The position numbers and the translations under genes are program-made. From assembly GCA_964630525.1 (NCBI GenBank), contig CAZVUY010000002.1, positions 99,693 to 163,692 of the forward strand: a DNA stretch of 64,000 bases. The letters are read 5' to 3'. Under the pieces are notes generated by a model. The model was not told the origin of the DNA. It saw nothing but the letters and a program-made list of their open reading frames with translations, and made no database searches. This DNA comes from an uncultured Candidatus Saccharibacteria bacterium. GTDB taxonomy: Bacteria > Patescibacteriota > Minisyncoccia > Phycocordibacterales > WO2-35-19. Below are positions 55,153 through 64,000 of the stretch, piece by piece (positions within the stretch are counted from its first letter, which is position 1; each line of letters opens with the position of its first letter).

Positions 55153-55887
55153 ATGAGACTGCATCGTTTTTTTGTTGATTTCAATATTTCTCAGACTGAA
55201 TTTAGTGTTAAGGATGAGCGCCTAGTTCATCAATGGCGCAATGTGTTTAGATACAATACCGGTAGCGAGCTAATTCTTTTTGATGGCAGCGGGTACGAAT
55301 ACGACTGCTTGATTCAGAACCTAAACAACAGGGAAGCTGTTTTAGAAGTGGTTAGAAAAAGAGAGGGGGTTTTGCCAAAACATAAAATTACTCTCTACCA
55401 ATCAATCATCAAGAAGGACAAAATGGAATGGATAGTCGAAAAGGCGACTGAGCTTGGAGTTTCCAAAATCGTACCAATCATTTCTGAAAGGAGCGAGAAA
55501 AAAGATTTGAATCTGGAGCGAATGCAAAAAATTGCGATTGAGGCTGCTGAACAATGCGGTAGGGCGGATGTACCAATTATCAGCGATGTTACAAGTTTAG
55601 ATGAGGCTTTAAAATATTGTGAAAATGCGGTGACTTGTGATTTGTCTGGAAGCTTAGAGCTAAAAGCTGAAAGCTTAAAGAAAACTCTTAGCTCTAAGCT
55701 TAAACCTCTAAGCTTGTTCGTCGGTCCTGAAGGTGGTTGGTCTGACAATGAGATTGAGCTATTTAAGCAAAAAGGAGTGCAAATATTTAGTTTGGGAAAG
55801 CTTACCCTAAGAGCAGAAACGGTCGCTATTGTAGGTTTGTCAAAAATTCAGACCTCAAACCAGCTACTAATTTTCCAAAAGCTTTAG
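55153..55887 (+). CDS. rsmE: 16S rRNA m3U1498 methyltransferase
   Basis: RsmE N-terminal PUA-like and C-terminal SPOUT motifs (GPEGGW). Confidence 0.8.
   Translation: MRLHRFFVDFNISQTEFSVKDERLVHQWRNVFRYNTGSELILFDGSGYEYDCLIQNLNNREAVLEVVRKREGVLPKHKITLYQSIIKKDKMEWIVEKATELGVSKIVPIISERSEKKDLNLERMQKIAIEAAEQCGRADVPIISDVTSLDEALKYCENAVTCDLSGSLELKAESLKKTLSSKLKPLSLFVGPEGGWSDNEIELFKQKGVQIFSLGKLTLRAETVAIVGLSKIQTSNQLLIFQKL
55645..55720. repeat. copy of the AAGCTTAGAGCT palindromic element inside the rsmE CDS
   Basis: AAGCTTAGAGCTAAAAGCTGAAAGCTTAAAG...CTTAGCTCTAAGCTTAAACCTCTAAGCTT; its first 17 nt match 48001-48017 exactly. Confidence 0.7.
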
Positions 55888-56937
55888 CACCTCTTGATTA
55901 AGGAGGACTGTAGTTACGTAAACACGTGCATTTTGTTCGCTTGCGTCTTTATAGTGGTCTAAAATATGCTTTACTTCCTGTTCCAAAATTTCTTTATTCG
56001 GTTCTAGTTTTTCTACCTCTGCTATTTTGTTAAATATAAGTTGGATTTTGGCCTTCTTTTCCGAAGAGTCTCTCAAATCTTTTTTCAAATCCTCCTCCGT
56101 TTTTTTAGTATGCGTTAGATAATCTTCCCATTTTCCTCCAATTCGAGTTATATCGTCTTTCATTTGAGCAAGAGACTTGTTTATTTCGCTTTCTATCAAA
56201 ATATCCGGCACTTCAATTTTTGTATTTTTTAGAAGTTCCTCCATTAGCTCTGCGCGCCTTTTCTCATGCTCCTTGTGTTTTTTGTCTTCAATTATATTTT
56301 GCTTCACTTTTTCCTTTAGCTCGTCCAAGTTTTTGAAATTGCCCGCAGATTTTGCAAGTTCATCGTCAAGTGGTGGCAAATTTTCCGGCTTTTCTAAATC
56401 TACTCCTGCGTGATCGTGATTTTTGTCTTCAGGGTTATTCTTATGCCAATCAATGTGCGCTTTATTTTTCCTAATTTGCAAAAGCACCTCATCAACTTCT
56501 TTTTCTGTCGCCTCAATTTTTTCTTCTTTCCTAGATGCTGACTGCTTGCTACTAACTGCTATTTTCTTGTAATCAGGCAAATCAAAAATGGGAAGCACGG
56601 GGAAGTTTGCTTTAAATTCAAGCGGATTACCGAGCGCCAATTTGGTTATAGAAATTTTTGGGCTTCCCAAAATATCGAACTTCTCTTGCTCTACGATTTT
56701 AGGAAAATGTTCTTTGAGTAAAATATCAGCTACTTCTTCCAACAGCCCTCCCTCTCCTACTTTTTCGATTACCACATTTTCTGGTATGTGGCCTTTTCTA
56801 AACCCATCTATATTTAAAGAGTTGCTAAAATTTTGAATGGCTTTCTTCCTTGCTCCATCCAGTAAATCAGCAGGCAAAGAAACCTCTATCTCCACCTCCG
56901 ACTTAGGCAACTTTTTAGTTTTTATATTGTATTGCAT
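55867..56937 (-). CDS. tig: trigger factor, short form (PPIase domain apparently absent)
   Basis: N-terminal ribosome-binding motif GFRKGHIP; C-terminal helical domain. Confidence 0.8.
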   Translation of the reverse strand: MQYNIKTKKLPKSEVEIEVSLPADLLDGARKKAIQNFSNSLNIDGFRKGHIPENVVIEKVGEGGLLEEVADILLKEHFPKIVEQEKFDILGSPKISITKLALGNPLEFKANFPVLPIFDLPDYKKIAVSSKQSASRKEEKIEATEKEVDEVLLQIRKNKAHIDWHKNNPEDKNHDHAGVDLEKPENLPPLDDELAKSAGNFKNLDELKEKVKQNIIEDKKHKEHEKRRAELMEELLKNTKIEVPDILIESEINKSLAQMKDDITRIGGKWEDYLTHTKKTEEDLKKDLRDSSEKKAKIQLIFNKIAEVEKLEPNKEILEQEVKHILDHYKDASEQNARVYVTTVLLNQEVLKLLEN

Positions 56938-57127
56938 TCAAATAAATTAACACAAATTATTAAAAACACAAGGTCAATTTTAAATAAAAACCTGATTTTA
57001 AGTAGAGATATACAAAAAACCACGACCGTGGGAAAGTGTATAAAACACCTTTTTAGCAAACTACTAATTAATTTTGTATCCAATCATCCAATTTTAAAGA
57101 GCGCCTACCTGCCACAGATAGACGCTC

Positions 57128-57421
57128 TTACTTACCCCAGTGAGGGGCTCTTTCACGAAAAAATCTAGCTACGTCAGGGGTGAGGTGGAACCAAAACTTT
57201 GAAAAACATTTATGGCATTCAAAAATCGCAATTCCTACCCGTGCATTGCTCTCAGAAGTTTCCGGTCGAGCTCCCTCTGTAGTAAATCCAACTAGAAGCG
57301 GTATGCGTGCTTGAAGATTGAATGGTAGGTCAGCTCCACAACTACACTCGTGGTCAACTCCGTGGTGCATATCTGACGAGAAAGTTGTGCCCCAAGTCTT
57401 GAATTCCATACTTATCACCAA
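57128..57421 (-). CDS. small Cys/His-containing hypothetical protein
   Basis: ORF only; HxxxHECSCG and CHKC clusters. Confidence 0.3.
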   Translation of the reverse strand: MVISMEFKTWGTTFSSDMHHGVDHECSCGADLPFNLQARIPLLVGFTTEGARPETSESNARVGIAIFECHKCFSKFWFHLTPDVARFFRERAPHWGK

Positions 57422-57496
57422 CCTTTCTTACTTGAATTTAATCTAATTTAACTTAAAAATCAACTTTTATTTCATAAAAAGAATTAGAACATAAAA

Positions 57497-57517
57497 TGTC
57501 AAAGACCGTCTTTGACA
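57497..57517 (-). terminator. hairpin TGTCAAAGAC-C-GTCTTTGACA immediately 3' of the xer stop
   Basis: 10-bp perfect stem; U-rich tail on the minus strand; stem nearly identical to the 27771 hairpin. Confidence 0.5.
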
Positions 57518-58444
57518 CTAGCGTCTGCTGTGGAATTTTTTGTGGATGTCGCGGAGGTGGCGGTCGGTGACATGAGTGTAGATCTGGGTGGTGCCGATAT
57601 TGGCGTGGCCGAGGAGAGCTTGGACAGAACGCAAATCAGCACCGTTCCCAAGCAAGTCGGTGGCAAACATGTGGCGCATGGTGTGAGGAGTCACTTTTTT
57701 AGAGATACCAGCTTTGATAGCGCGCTGTTTGATAATCCGCTCTATCGAGCGCCCTGTGAGGCCGATATTACCTTTTCTTTGTTTGGTAGTTTTGCCGTTG
57801 CGAGAGAGCTGGACAAAGAGGGCTTCATCGAGATCTTTTCTTTTGTCTAAATATTTTTTCAAAATTTTCTTGGCTTCATCAGAAATGAAGACGACCCGCA
57901 CCTTGCTACCTTTGCCGCGGATAGAAAGTTCGTCGGTTGAAAGGTCGAGGTCGCGAGTGAGCGAACAGAGTTCGGAGACTCGCAGCCCAGTGGAGAAAAG
58001 TAGTTCCAAGATGGCTCGATCTCGCAGATCAGTGATTTCTTCGCCATCGGCAGAAGCGAGGAGCCTTTTCAATTCCGCTTCAGTGATCAGTTCGAGTGAA
58101 CGCTCGGGCACCTTGGCGAGCTCGATCCGCTCGGCGGGCAGAGTCTTTATTTCTTGCCGAGCCAAGTATTTGAGAAAAGCGCGGAGAGCGATCAAATAAT
58201 AATTTTGAGTTTTTTTCGATATAGTATCGCTGGTTTTCTTGTTTTTGCCGGTCACTTGTCGGTTGAGCCAAAGGCGGAATTCGCGCACCGCGTCATCGCT
58301 TATGTCGGCGGGGGATTTGAGACCTGTGTGTTCCAAAAATACACTCAAGTAATGATCATAATTTTCGACCGTCTTCAGCGATCGCCCTTTTTCGATTTCC
58401 ACATATTCGAGAAATTGTCTTTTGAGTTGTTGTAAGTCTTTCAT
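57518..58444 (-). CDS. xerC: tyrosine recombinase XerC/XerD family
   Basis: R...HxxR...Y catalytic region HTMRHMFATDLL...LLGHANIGTTQIYTHV. Confidence 0.85.
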   Translation of the reverse strand: MKDLQQLKRQFLEYVEIEKGRSLKTVENYDHYLSVFLEHTGLKSPADISDDAVREFRLWLNRQVTGKNKKTSDTISKKTQNYYLIALRAFLKYLARQEIKTLPAERIELAKVPERSLELITEAELKRLLASADGEEITDLRDRAILELLFSTGLRVSELCSLTRDLDLSTDELSIRGKGSKVRVVFISDEAKKILKKYLDKRKDLDEALFVQLSRNGKTTKQRKGNIGLTGRSIERIIKQRAIKAGISKKVTPHTMRHMFATDLLGNGADLRSVQALLGHANIGTTQIYTHVTDRHLRDIHKKFHSRR

Positions 58445-58578
58445 AATAACCTCACTCCTCGCTATCGCGCAGACCCCCCTTTTTGGTCAGGAGAGGGAAG
58501 AGGGAAATAGAATTGTACCATATTTTAATGTCGTAAAATAAATAAAAAGTTGGGGAAAGGTTTGTTATGAAAAGAGAT

Positions 58579-58608
58579 AGGCCGCCTCGCGCATGCGCGA
58601 GGCGGCCT
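58579..58608 (-). terminator. perfect palindrome AGGCCGCCTCGCGCATGCGCGAGGCGGCCT
   Basis: Immediately downstream of the 58613-59092 gene. Confidence 0.6.
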
Positions 58609-58612
58609 TAGA

Positions 58613-59092
58613 TTATCCGAGCGCTTCCACCGGGTCGTAGTTTCTCACGGCTTCACATAAAGCCGCGAGCTTTACCGCATCCAATTCTTTTGCCAGTTCT
58701 GAATTTGTCCCTCGACGGATTGTTATCGGCAGAGTTTTTTGGTGGGGTCTGATCTCAACCCCCAGCAGCCTACTCCCCTTTGTGGGATGAAAAGCGTAAG
58801 AATCAACAACTACCATCTTTACGAAGTCGGTGCTGATTTTGTGCACTCGCAACTTCGCAGGCCGGTTTTCATTCGCTGCCCTTTTGAGGGCTTCTGAGAT
58901 TTGCATGAGAAGCTCTTGCCCAGTCCTCTCTCTCAGAAGGGTGTAGGCTCTCCGTTTTTTCTTTCGCCGGACTCTTTTTGTGAGAACGGCGATGCCGAGT
59001 ATCCCTAGAAGTAACATTACCTCAAGGACCATTCCAACGGGGGATATGAGGAAATCCCCCAAGTTAAGCATCATCTTCTCGAAATTTCTCAT
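58613..59092 (-). CDS. membrane-anchored hypothetical protein, GC-richer
   Basis: N-terminal TM, basic stretch KRVRRKKKRR. Confidence 0.4.
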   Translation of the reverse strand: MRNFEKMMLNLGDFLISPVGMVLEVMLLLGILGIAVLTKRVRRKKKRRAYTLLRERTGQELLMQISEALKRAANENRPAKLRVHKISTDFVKMVVVDSYAFHPTKGSRLLGVEIRPHQKTLPITIRRGTNSELAKELDAVKLAALCEAVRNYDPVEALG

Positions 59093-59231
59093 CAGGTGCC
59101 TCCTGTTCCATACTCTAAACTATTATTAATAATATGTCAAATTTTGGCATTGGCTGGCTAGCAGAGGGGGTCGGTGAGGGGTTTTGGGTGAACTTGCACA
59201 AAAAAGGCTTTCGTGATATCCTTTAAGCACA

Positions 59232-59504
59232 ATGTTAACCAAAAATAAAAAGCAAAAAATTATCAAAGAGGTCAAAATCCACGACAAAGACACCGGTTCC
59301 CCGGAGGTGCAGATAGCGGTCCTTTCTCGTCGAATCGATGATTTGACTTCTCATTTGAAGAAAAACAAGAACGATAAGCACTCTCGTCGAGGTCTTCTAA
59401 GTCTGGTGGCTGACCGCAAGGCTCACTTGAAGTATCTAGAGAAAAAAGACACAAAGAGGTATAATTCTCTCGTTAAGAAGCTAGGATTGAAGAAAGCTGC
59501 TTAA
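59232..59504 (+). CDS. rpsO: 30S ribosomal protein S15
   Basis: Canonical S15 sequence. Confidence 0.9.
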   Translation: MLTKNKKQKIIKEVKIHDKDTGSPEVQIAVLSRRIDDLTSHLKKNKNDKHSRRGLLSLVADRKAHLKYLEKKDTKRYNSLVKKLGLKKAA

Positions 59505-59534
59505 TTTTTAATAAAAAAGTTTGAAACTATATGC

Positions 59535-59570
59535 CAAAAGCTTTTAGCTTCAAGCTCTAAGCTAATTTTT
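59535..59570. repeat. third, shorter copy of the AGCTCTAAGCT-type palindromic element
   Basis: AAGCTTTTAGCTTCAAGCTCTAAGCT. Confidence 0.5.
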
Positions 59571-59571
59571 T

Positions 59572-60123
59572 ATGGCTGTAATTAAACACAAGAATCAGCG
59601 CGTTGGTATTTTTATTGATACTCAAAATCTCTACCATAGCGCTAAAAATATTTATAAGGCACGGGTCAATTTTGACCAAGTGGTTAAGGAGGGTTTGGCC
59701 GGTCGCCCGCTTACTCGAGCGGTCGCTTATGTCATCACCACCGAGACAGGTGAAGAAAAGAACTTCTTTGAGGCTTTGGAAAAAATGGGTATTGAGACCA
59801 AGACCAAAAACCTACAAGTCTTTGCTGGTGGTGCCAAAAAAGGTGATTGGGACGTTGGCCTGGCGATCGACGCCATCAAGCTCGCACCCAAGTTGGACGC
59901 GATCATCCTGGTCACTGGCGATGGGGATTTCGTTCCTCTAGTGGAATATCTTAAAAATGATGGTTGTCAGGTAGAGGTTGCTTCTTTTGGTAAATCAACC
60001 TCGGCCAGATTGATCGAAGTGGCGGATGACTTTATTGATCTCGACAAAAATCCGAGAAAATATCTGATCGGTCAGGTGCGTAGCCGCAGCCGCAGTACTT
60101 CGCCAGCGAATCCACTTAGTTAG
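59572..60123 (+). CDS. NYN/LabA-like domain protein (predicted RNase fold)
   Basis: VGIFIDTQNLY...LVTGDGDF acidic motifs typical of NYN/DUF88. Confidence 0.75.
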   Translation: MAVIKHKNQRVGIFIDTQNLYHSAKNIYKARVNFDQVVKEGLAGRPLTRAVAYVITTETGEEKNFFEALEKMGIETKTKNLQVFAGGAKKGDWDVGLAIDAIKLAPKLDAIILVTGDGDFVPLVEYLKNDGCQVEVASFGKSTSARLIEVADDFIDLDKNPRKYLIGQVRSRSRSTSPANPLS

Positions 60124-60188
60124 TCAGTTGTGCCCACTTTTTATTTCTGATTCTACATTTATTTTTGATATAATCTTCACAAGCACGT

Positions 60189-61943
60189 ATGCATGTTGAA
60201 GATTCACAAATAAAAGATTTTATCATTGATGCTGGGCTGATCTCCAAATCAGAGGCTGAAGAATTTGAAAAAGAAGCCAAATCCAAGAAGAGGCCAATGA
60301 GCGACCTTTTGGTCGCCAAGGGTAAATTTTCTGATGATGATTTGAGGCGTATGCAGGCCTATATTCTAGGTATTCCTTTTATTAACCTCAAAGGTCAGAC
60401 ACTTGATCGCGATCTCCTCAATCTTATTCCCGAGCCGATTGCTCGCAAGCACAATATTATCGCTTTTCAGAAAAGGGACGATTCTCTTGAGGTTGCGATG
60501 TTAGATACCGATGATTTGCAAGCACTCAACTCGATCAAGAAAAAAGTCGGCCTAAAGATCCTGCCGAGGTTGACTGATTCCGAGTCGATGCGCAGCGTTC
60601 TTTTGCAGTATCAAAAAAATCTCAAGGATGATTTTGGAGATATTATCAAAAATGAAGCCGACCAGATCAAGACCATTGCTGAGAAGGTGAATGGTGATGA
60701 TACCCCGGTTGGTGATCTCAAAAAATTAGCAGAGGAACTACCGGTGGTGCGAATCGTCGACACGTTGCTCAAACACGCTATTATCCAAAACGCCTCCGAT
60801 ATCCATATCGAACCATTGGAAGACCAGATCATGGTCAGGTACCGTATCGATGGTCTACTGCACGACGCGATGGTTTTGCCCAAACATATCGGGCATTCTC
60901 TAGTCGCTCGTATCAAAGTTCTTTCAAACTTGCGTCTCGATGAGAAACGTTTGCCTCAAGATGGTCGCTTTAAGATAGATATGAGTGGAGAGAAGGTTTC
61001 TTTCCGAGTCTCTACATTGCCTGTTTATTATGGAGAGAAAATTGTAATGCGTCTTTTGCGTGAGTCGGTTTCTGGTTTTACGCTCGAATCCCTCGGTTTT
61101 CATGGCGACGGTTTGGATCTTTTGCACAAAACTCTTCAGCACACCACAGGTATGATACTTACCACCGGACCGACTGGTAGTGGTAAATCAACCACTCTCT
61201 ATACTATGATCGATATTTTAAATACGGCCGATGTCAATATTTCTACTATTGAAGATCCGGTAGAGTATCAGATGAAAAGGGTCAACCAGACTCAGGTCAA
61301 GCCAGAAATCGGTCTTACTTTCGCCTCCGGGTTACGTACTTTAGTGCGTCAAGATCCGGACATTATTATGGTTGGTGAAATTCGTGATGGGGAAACCGCT
61401 TCACTCGCGATCAATGCTGCTCTGACCGGCCACTTGGTGCTATCTACTTTGCATACAAATTCAGCAGCAGGAGCGATACCGAGGTTGGTTGATATGAAGA
61501 TCGAGCCATTTCTGATCATCTCCACTTTAGACGTTATTATTGCTCAGCGATTGGTGCGTAAACTTTCATCGGAAAAGAAAGAAAAATACTATCTTTCAAA
61601 AGCCGAGGTTGAATCTATTTCCAAAGCAGTCAATATGGATGTAGTCCTCAAAGCACTCAAAGAAGAGAAGGTGGTTGGCAAAAATGACGACTGGGAGAAC
61701 GTGCCGTTCTTTAGACCAGAAAAAGACGCCGGCGAAGAAGCGTTCAAAGGGCGTATCGGTATTTATGAAGTGCTCAATGTTTCCGGTGCCATCAAAGACC
61801 TTATCATCAAGGGTTCGACTACCGAAGACATAGAACTTCAGGCCAAAAAGGAAGGAATGCTTACGATGCTTGAAGACGGTCTCTTCAAGGCCGCCCAAGG
61901 TATGACCACCATCGAAGAAGTTTTGAGAGTGGTATCGGAGTAG
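60189..61943 (+). CDS. pilB: type IV pilus / T2SS assembly ATPase (GspE/PilB family)
   Basis: T2SE_N-like N-terminus, Walker A GPTGSGKST, Asp and His boxes. Confidence 0.85.
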   Translation: MHVEDSQIKDFIIDAGLISKSEAEEFEKEAKSKKRPMSDLLVAKGKFSDDDLRRMQAYILGIPFINLKGQTLDRDLLNLIPEPIARKHNIIAFQKRDDSLEVAMLDTDDLQALNSIKKKVGLKILPRLTDSESMRSVLLQYQKNLKDDFGDIIKNEADQIKTIAEKVNGDDTPVGDLKKLAEELPVVRIVDTLLKHAIIQNASDIHIEPLEDQIMVRYRIDGLLHDAMVLPKHIGHSLVARIKVLSNLRLDEKRLPQDGRFKIDMSGEKVSFRVSTLPVYYGEKIVMRLLRESVSGFTLESLGFHGDGLDLLHKTLQHTTGMILTTGPTGSGKSTTLYTMIDILNTADVNISTIEDPVEYQMKRVNQTQVKPEIGLTFASGLRTLVRQDPDIIMVGEIRDGETASLAINAALTGHLVLSTLHTNSAAGAIPRLVDMKIEPFLIISTLDVIIAQRLVRKLSSEKKEKYYLSKAEVESISKAVNMDVVLKALKEEKVVGKNDDWENVPFFRPEKDAGEEAFKGRIGIYEVLNVSGAIKDLIIKGSTTEDIELQAKKEGMLTMLEDGLFKAAQGMTTIEEVLRVVSE

Positions 61944-61975
61944 CTAGTGTCTTGATTTTTATTTTATTTTAAAAA

Positions 61976-63187
61976 ATGCCACTCTATAAATACAAATATA
62001 TTAAGGATGGGGAAGAAAAAGAAGAATTGAGAGAATTTAGCAACAAAGCTGAACTTTATGGTTTTGTGAGGAACGAAAATGGCTCTATTGTTTCAGTTGA
62101 AGAGAAAAAACAGGCCAGATCTTTCAATTTATTTACTATCGGCCGGAGGATCAAGCAAGAAGAAATCATTAATTTTGCCAAAAATATGGGAGTTATGATC
62201 GATGCTGGACTTTCCATATCTAGAGCCATATCAGTTTTACAGAAACAATCAAAAAACAAGAAATTTTCTGATTTGCTAAACTCTATTTATCAATCTGTCA
62301 ATGCGGGCGAAACCTTTTCTGCCTCTCTAGAAAAATACCCAGCTACTTTTTCTCAACTTTTTGTTTCAATGGTGAAGGCTGGTGAAGAATCAGGCAAACT
62401 CCCAGAATCATTAAAAATGATAACTATCCAATTGGAGAAGAACTACCAGTTGTCGAAGAAAATAAAAGGAGCAATGATCTATCCTTCTGTGATCATTAGT
62501 CTGATGGTGGTGATCGGTATTTTATTGATGGTTTATATGGTGCCCACTCTCACAGAAACTTTCAAGGGTTTAAATATTGATTTGCCGCTACCGACGAGAA
62601 TCATAATATCGATCAGTGATTTTTTAAGAAATAATATATTTTTCACTTTTGCTGGTCTAATCGTTGCTTCGGGACTTTTTGTTTCTGGTTTGAATACTAA
62701 ATTTGGCAAAAATACTCTCGATTATCTGGTTTTAAAGATGCCGATGATTAAAAATATGTCAAAAGAAGTCAATGCTGCGCGTACTTCCAGAACTCTTGCT
62801 TCTTTGATTTCTTCGGGGGTACCGATAGTAGGTGCTTTGGAGACTACCAAAAATGTTTTGCAAAATCATTATTTTAAAGACGTTGTCTCAAAGGTAATAG
62901 AAAAAGTCCAAGTGGGAGAATCTCTTTCGAGCTCTTTCGATTTGTTCGGTAAAGATGTATACCCTCTATTTTTAAGTGAGATGCTTTTGGTTGGTGAAGA
63001 GACCGGTAAAATGTCAGAAATGCTAGATAATATTGCCAACTATTATGAGGGAGAAGTGGATCAAAAAACCAAAGACCTTTCTACTATTATTGAGCCTTTT
63101 TTGATGGTATTGATTGGTATTGCGGTAGGTGTATTTGCGGTGGCTATGATGTTGCCAACATATTCTCTCGTAGATGCTATCCAATAA
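61976..63187 (+). CDS. pilC: type IV pilus platform protein (GspF/PilC family)
   Basis: Two T2SSF repeats, 3 TM. Confidence 0.85.
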   Translation: MPLYKYKYIKDGEEKEELREFSNKAELYGFVRNENGSIVSVEEKKQARSFNLFTIGRRIKQEEIINFAKNMGVMIDAGLSISRAISVLQKQSKNKKFSDLLNSIYQSVNAGETFSASLEKYPATFSQLFVSMVKAGEESGKLPESLKMITIQLEKNYQLSKKIKGAMIYPSVIISLMVVIGILLMVYMVPTLTETFKGLNIDLPLPTRIIISISDFLRNNIFFTFAGLIVASGLFVSGLNTKFGKNTLDYLVLKMPMIKNMSKEVNAARTSRTLASLISSGVPIVGALETTKNVLQNHYFKDVVSKVIEKVQVGESLSSSFDLFGKDVYPLFLSEMLLVGEETGKMSEMLDNIANYYEGEVDQKTKDLSTIIEPFLMVLIGIAVGVFAVAMMLPTYSLVDAIQ

Positions 63188-64000
63188 AACAAAAATCCAT
63201 AAAGGTTTTGCTTTGGTCGAAGTTATTTTTGCTGCCACCATATTTGCCATAGTGGCTGTCGCTATATACCAAGGACTAGCCTCTATTACTACTGTTGTTT
63301 CTGTATCCAGAGACAAAGTTGCCTCAACTAATTTAGTAAATAGTGAATTTGAGCTAATCAGAAATTTGGCTTTTAATGATATTGGTTTGCAATCCGGCAT
63401 ACCAAGTGGAGTAATAGTGCCTAGTAGTGTTGTAGATATAGACGGCCGTTCTTTTAGTGTTACCAGGGTCGTTCGCAACATAGACGATCCTTTTGATGGT
63501 ACCATCGGTGGTTCACCAAATGACCTTTCACCGGCTGATTATAAAATGGTTGAGATTAGAGTCGTTTGTAATGATTGTAAGAAGCCCATTGATTTAAGGG
63601 CTAATTCTTATATGGCTCCTAAAAATCTAGAAACTGCTTCTACCAACGGAGCTTTGTTTGTTAAAGTTTTTGATGCGAGTGGTAATCCGGTACCACAAGC
63701 AAATGTACATATCACAAACTCAGGACTTGGTATCGATATAAACGAAACTACTGATAATAACGGCGTGTTGGCAATAGTAGACGCCCCTCCAGCTGAAAAT
63801 TCATATAGAATTGTTGTCACTAAAGCCGGATTTACAACAGATCGTACCTACCCACCGTCGGTAGGAAACCCAAATCCAGTTAAACCAGATGCTACTGTTC
63901 TTTTGCAGCAACTAACAGAAATTTCTTTTATTATTGATCGGGTTAGTAGTATCGATTTAAATACGGTAACCAACACCTGTGGCCAAGTCCTGAATGTTCC
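63174..64000 (+). CDS. prepilin-type (class III signal peptide) pilin or pseudopilin with long C-terminal beta-rich domain; 3'-partial at the window end
   Basis: ATG at 63174 overlaps the pilC stop; KG-FALVEVIFAATIFAIVAVAIY with Glu+5; missed by the ORF track because no stop lies in the window. Confidence 0.6.
   Translation, partial: MLSNKTKIHKGFALVEVIFAATIFAIVAVAIYQGLASITTVVSVSRDKVASTNLVNSEFELIRNLAFNDIGLQSGIPSGVIVPSSVVDIDGRSFSVTRVVRNIDDPFDGTIGGSPNDLSPADYKMVEIRVVCNDCKKPIDLRANSYMAPKNLETASTNGALFVKVFDASGNPVPQANVHITNSGLGIDINETTDNNGVLAIVDAPPAENSYRIVVTKAGFTTDRTYPPSVGNPNPVKPDATVLLQQLTEISFIIDRVSSIDLNTVTNTCGQVLNV

Noticed and set aside
1-64000. CRISPR arrays and rRNA genes
   Set aside because: No run of regularly spaced 25-40-bp repeats, no cas-like genes, and no rRNA-like conserved stretches were seen on either strand.

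Overview
This window is 64 kb, mostly AT-rich, densely coded and short-spaced. It looks like a small-genome bacterium of the Patescibacteria/CPR type. The evidence is a class-I lysyl-tRNA synthetase, a spc-type ribosomal cluster with Zn-type S14 and no L30 between S5 and L15, editing-domain-less ProRS, and type IV pilus genes. That taxonomy is inferred from gene content, not searched.

The core content includes:
- Translation and ribosome genes: hpf, fmt, def, frr, proS, lysS, greA, rpsO, rpsZ-rpsH-rplF-rplR-rpsE-rplO-secY-adk-map, ndk.
- Cell envelope and division genes: two mreB paralogs with mreC and a PBP2, murF, mraZ-rsmH-ftsL-ftsI, rseP, and a peptidoglycan-binding protein next to a VanY-like M15 peptidase.
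- RNA metabolism and other housekeeping genes: rny, a beta-CASP RNase, clpP, tig, tgt, uvrB, rsmE, an FKBP isomerase, a xerC-like recombinase.
- Pilus genes: pilB, pilC and a prepilin-like gene that runs off the window end.
- Three tRNAs: Asn-GTT, Glu-CTC, Ala-GGC.

The accessory or atypical content is what deserves a second look:
- The first ~4.9 kb is an AT-rich block ending in a large serine recombinase whose 3' end overlaps tRNA-Asn, with a duplicated tRNA 5' segment just beyond.
- A second tRNA-associated block lies downstream of tRNA-Ala: a truncated MBL gene, a HIT protein, a T5orf172/GIY-YIG-like protein, an XRE regulator and an acidic hypothetical.
- Several GC-rich patches (about 19.5-20.3, 27.3-28.3, 31.6-31.9, 34.35-34.45, 41.3-44.0, 58.5-59.1 kb) are each bounded by strong hairpins. 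The 41.3-44.0 kb patch is a three-gene island (hypothetical, long metallophosphoesterase, possible nucleotidyltransferase-fold protein) sitting exactly where the ribosomal operon is broken upstream of rpsZ.
- A 915-aa VirD4/TraD-like coupling ATPase stands alone, preceded by a perfect 26-bp palindrome.
- Two families of short palindromic repeats occur both between genes and inside coding sequences (uvrB, rsmE).
- A PriA homologue has lost the Walker A and Walker B ATPase motifs.
- A LOG domain is fused to a pterin-4a-carbinolamine dehydratase domain.
- A hicB-hicA pair is present.

No rRNA genes or CRISPR arrays were found.
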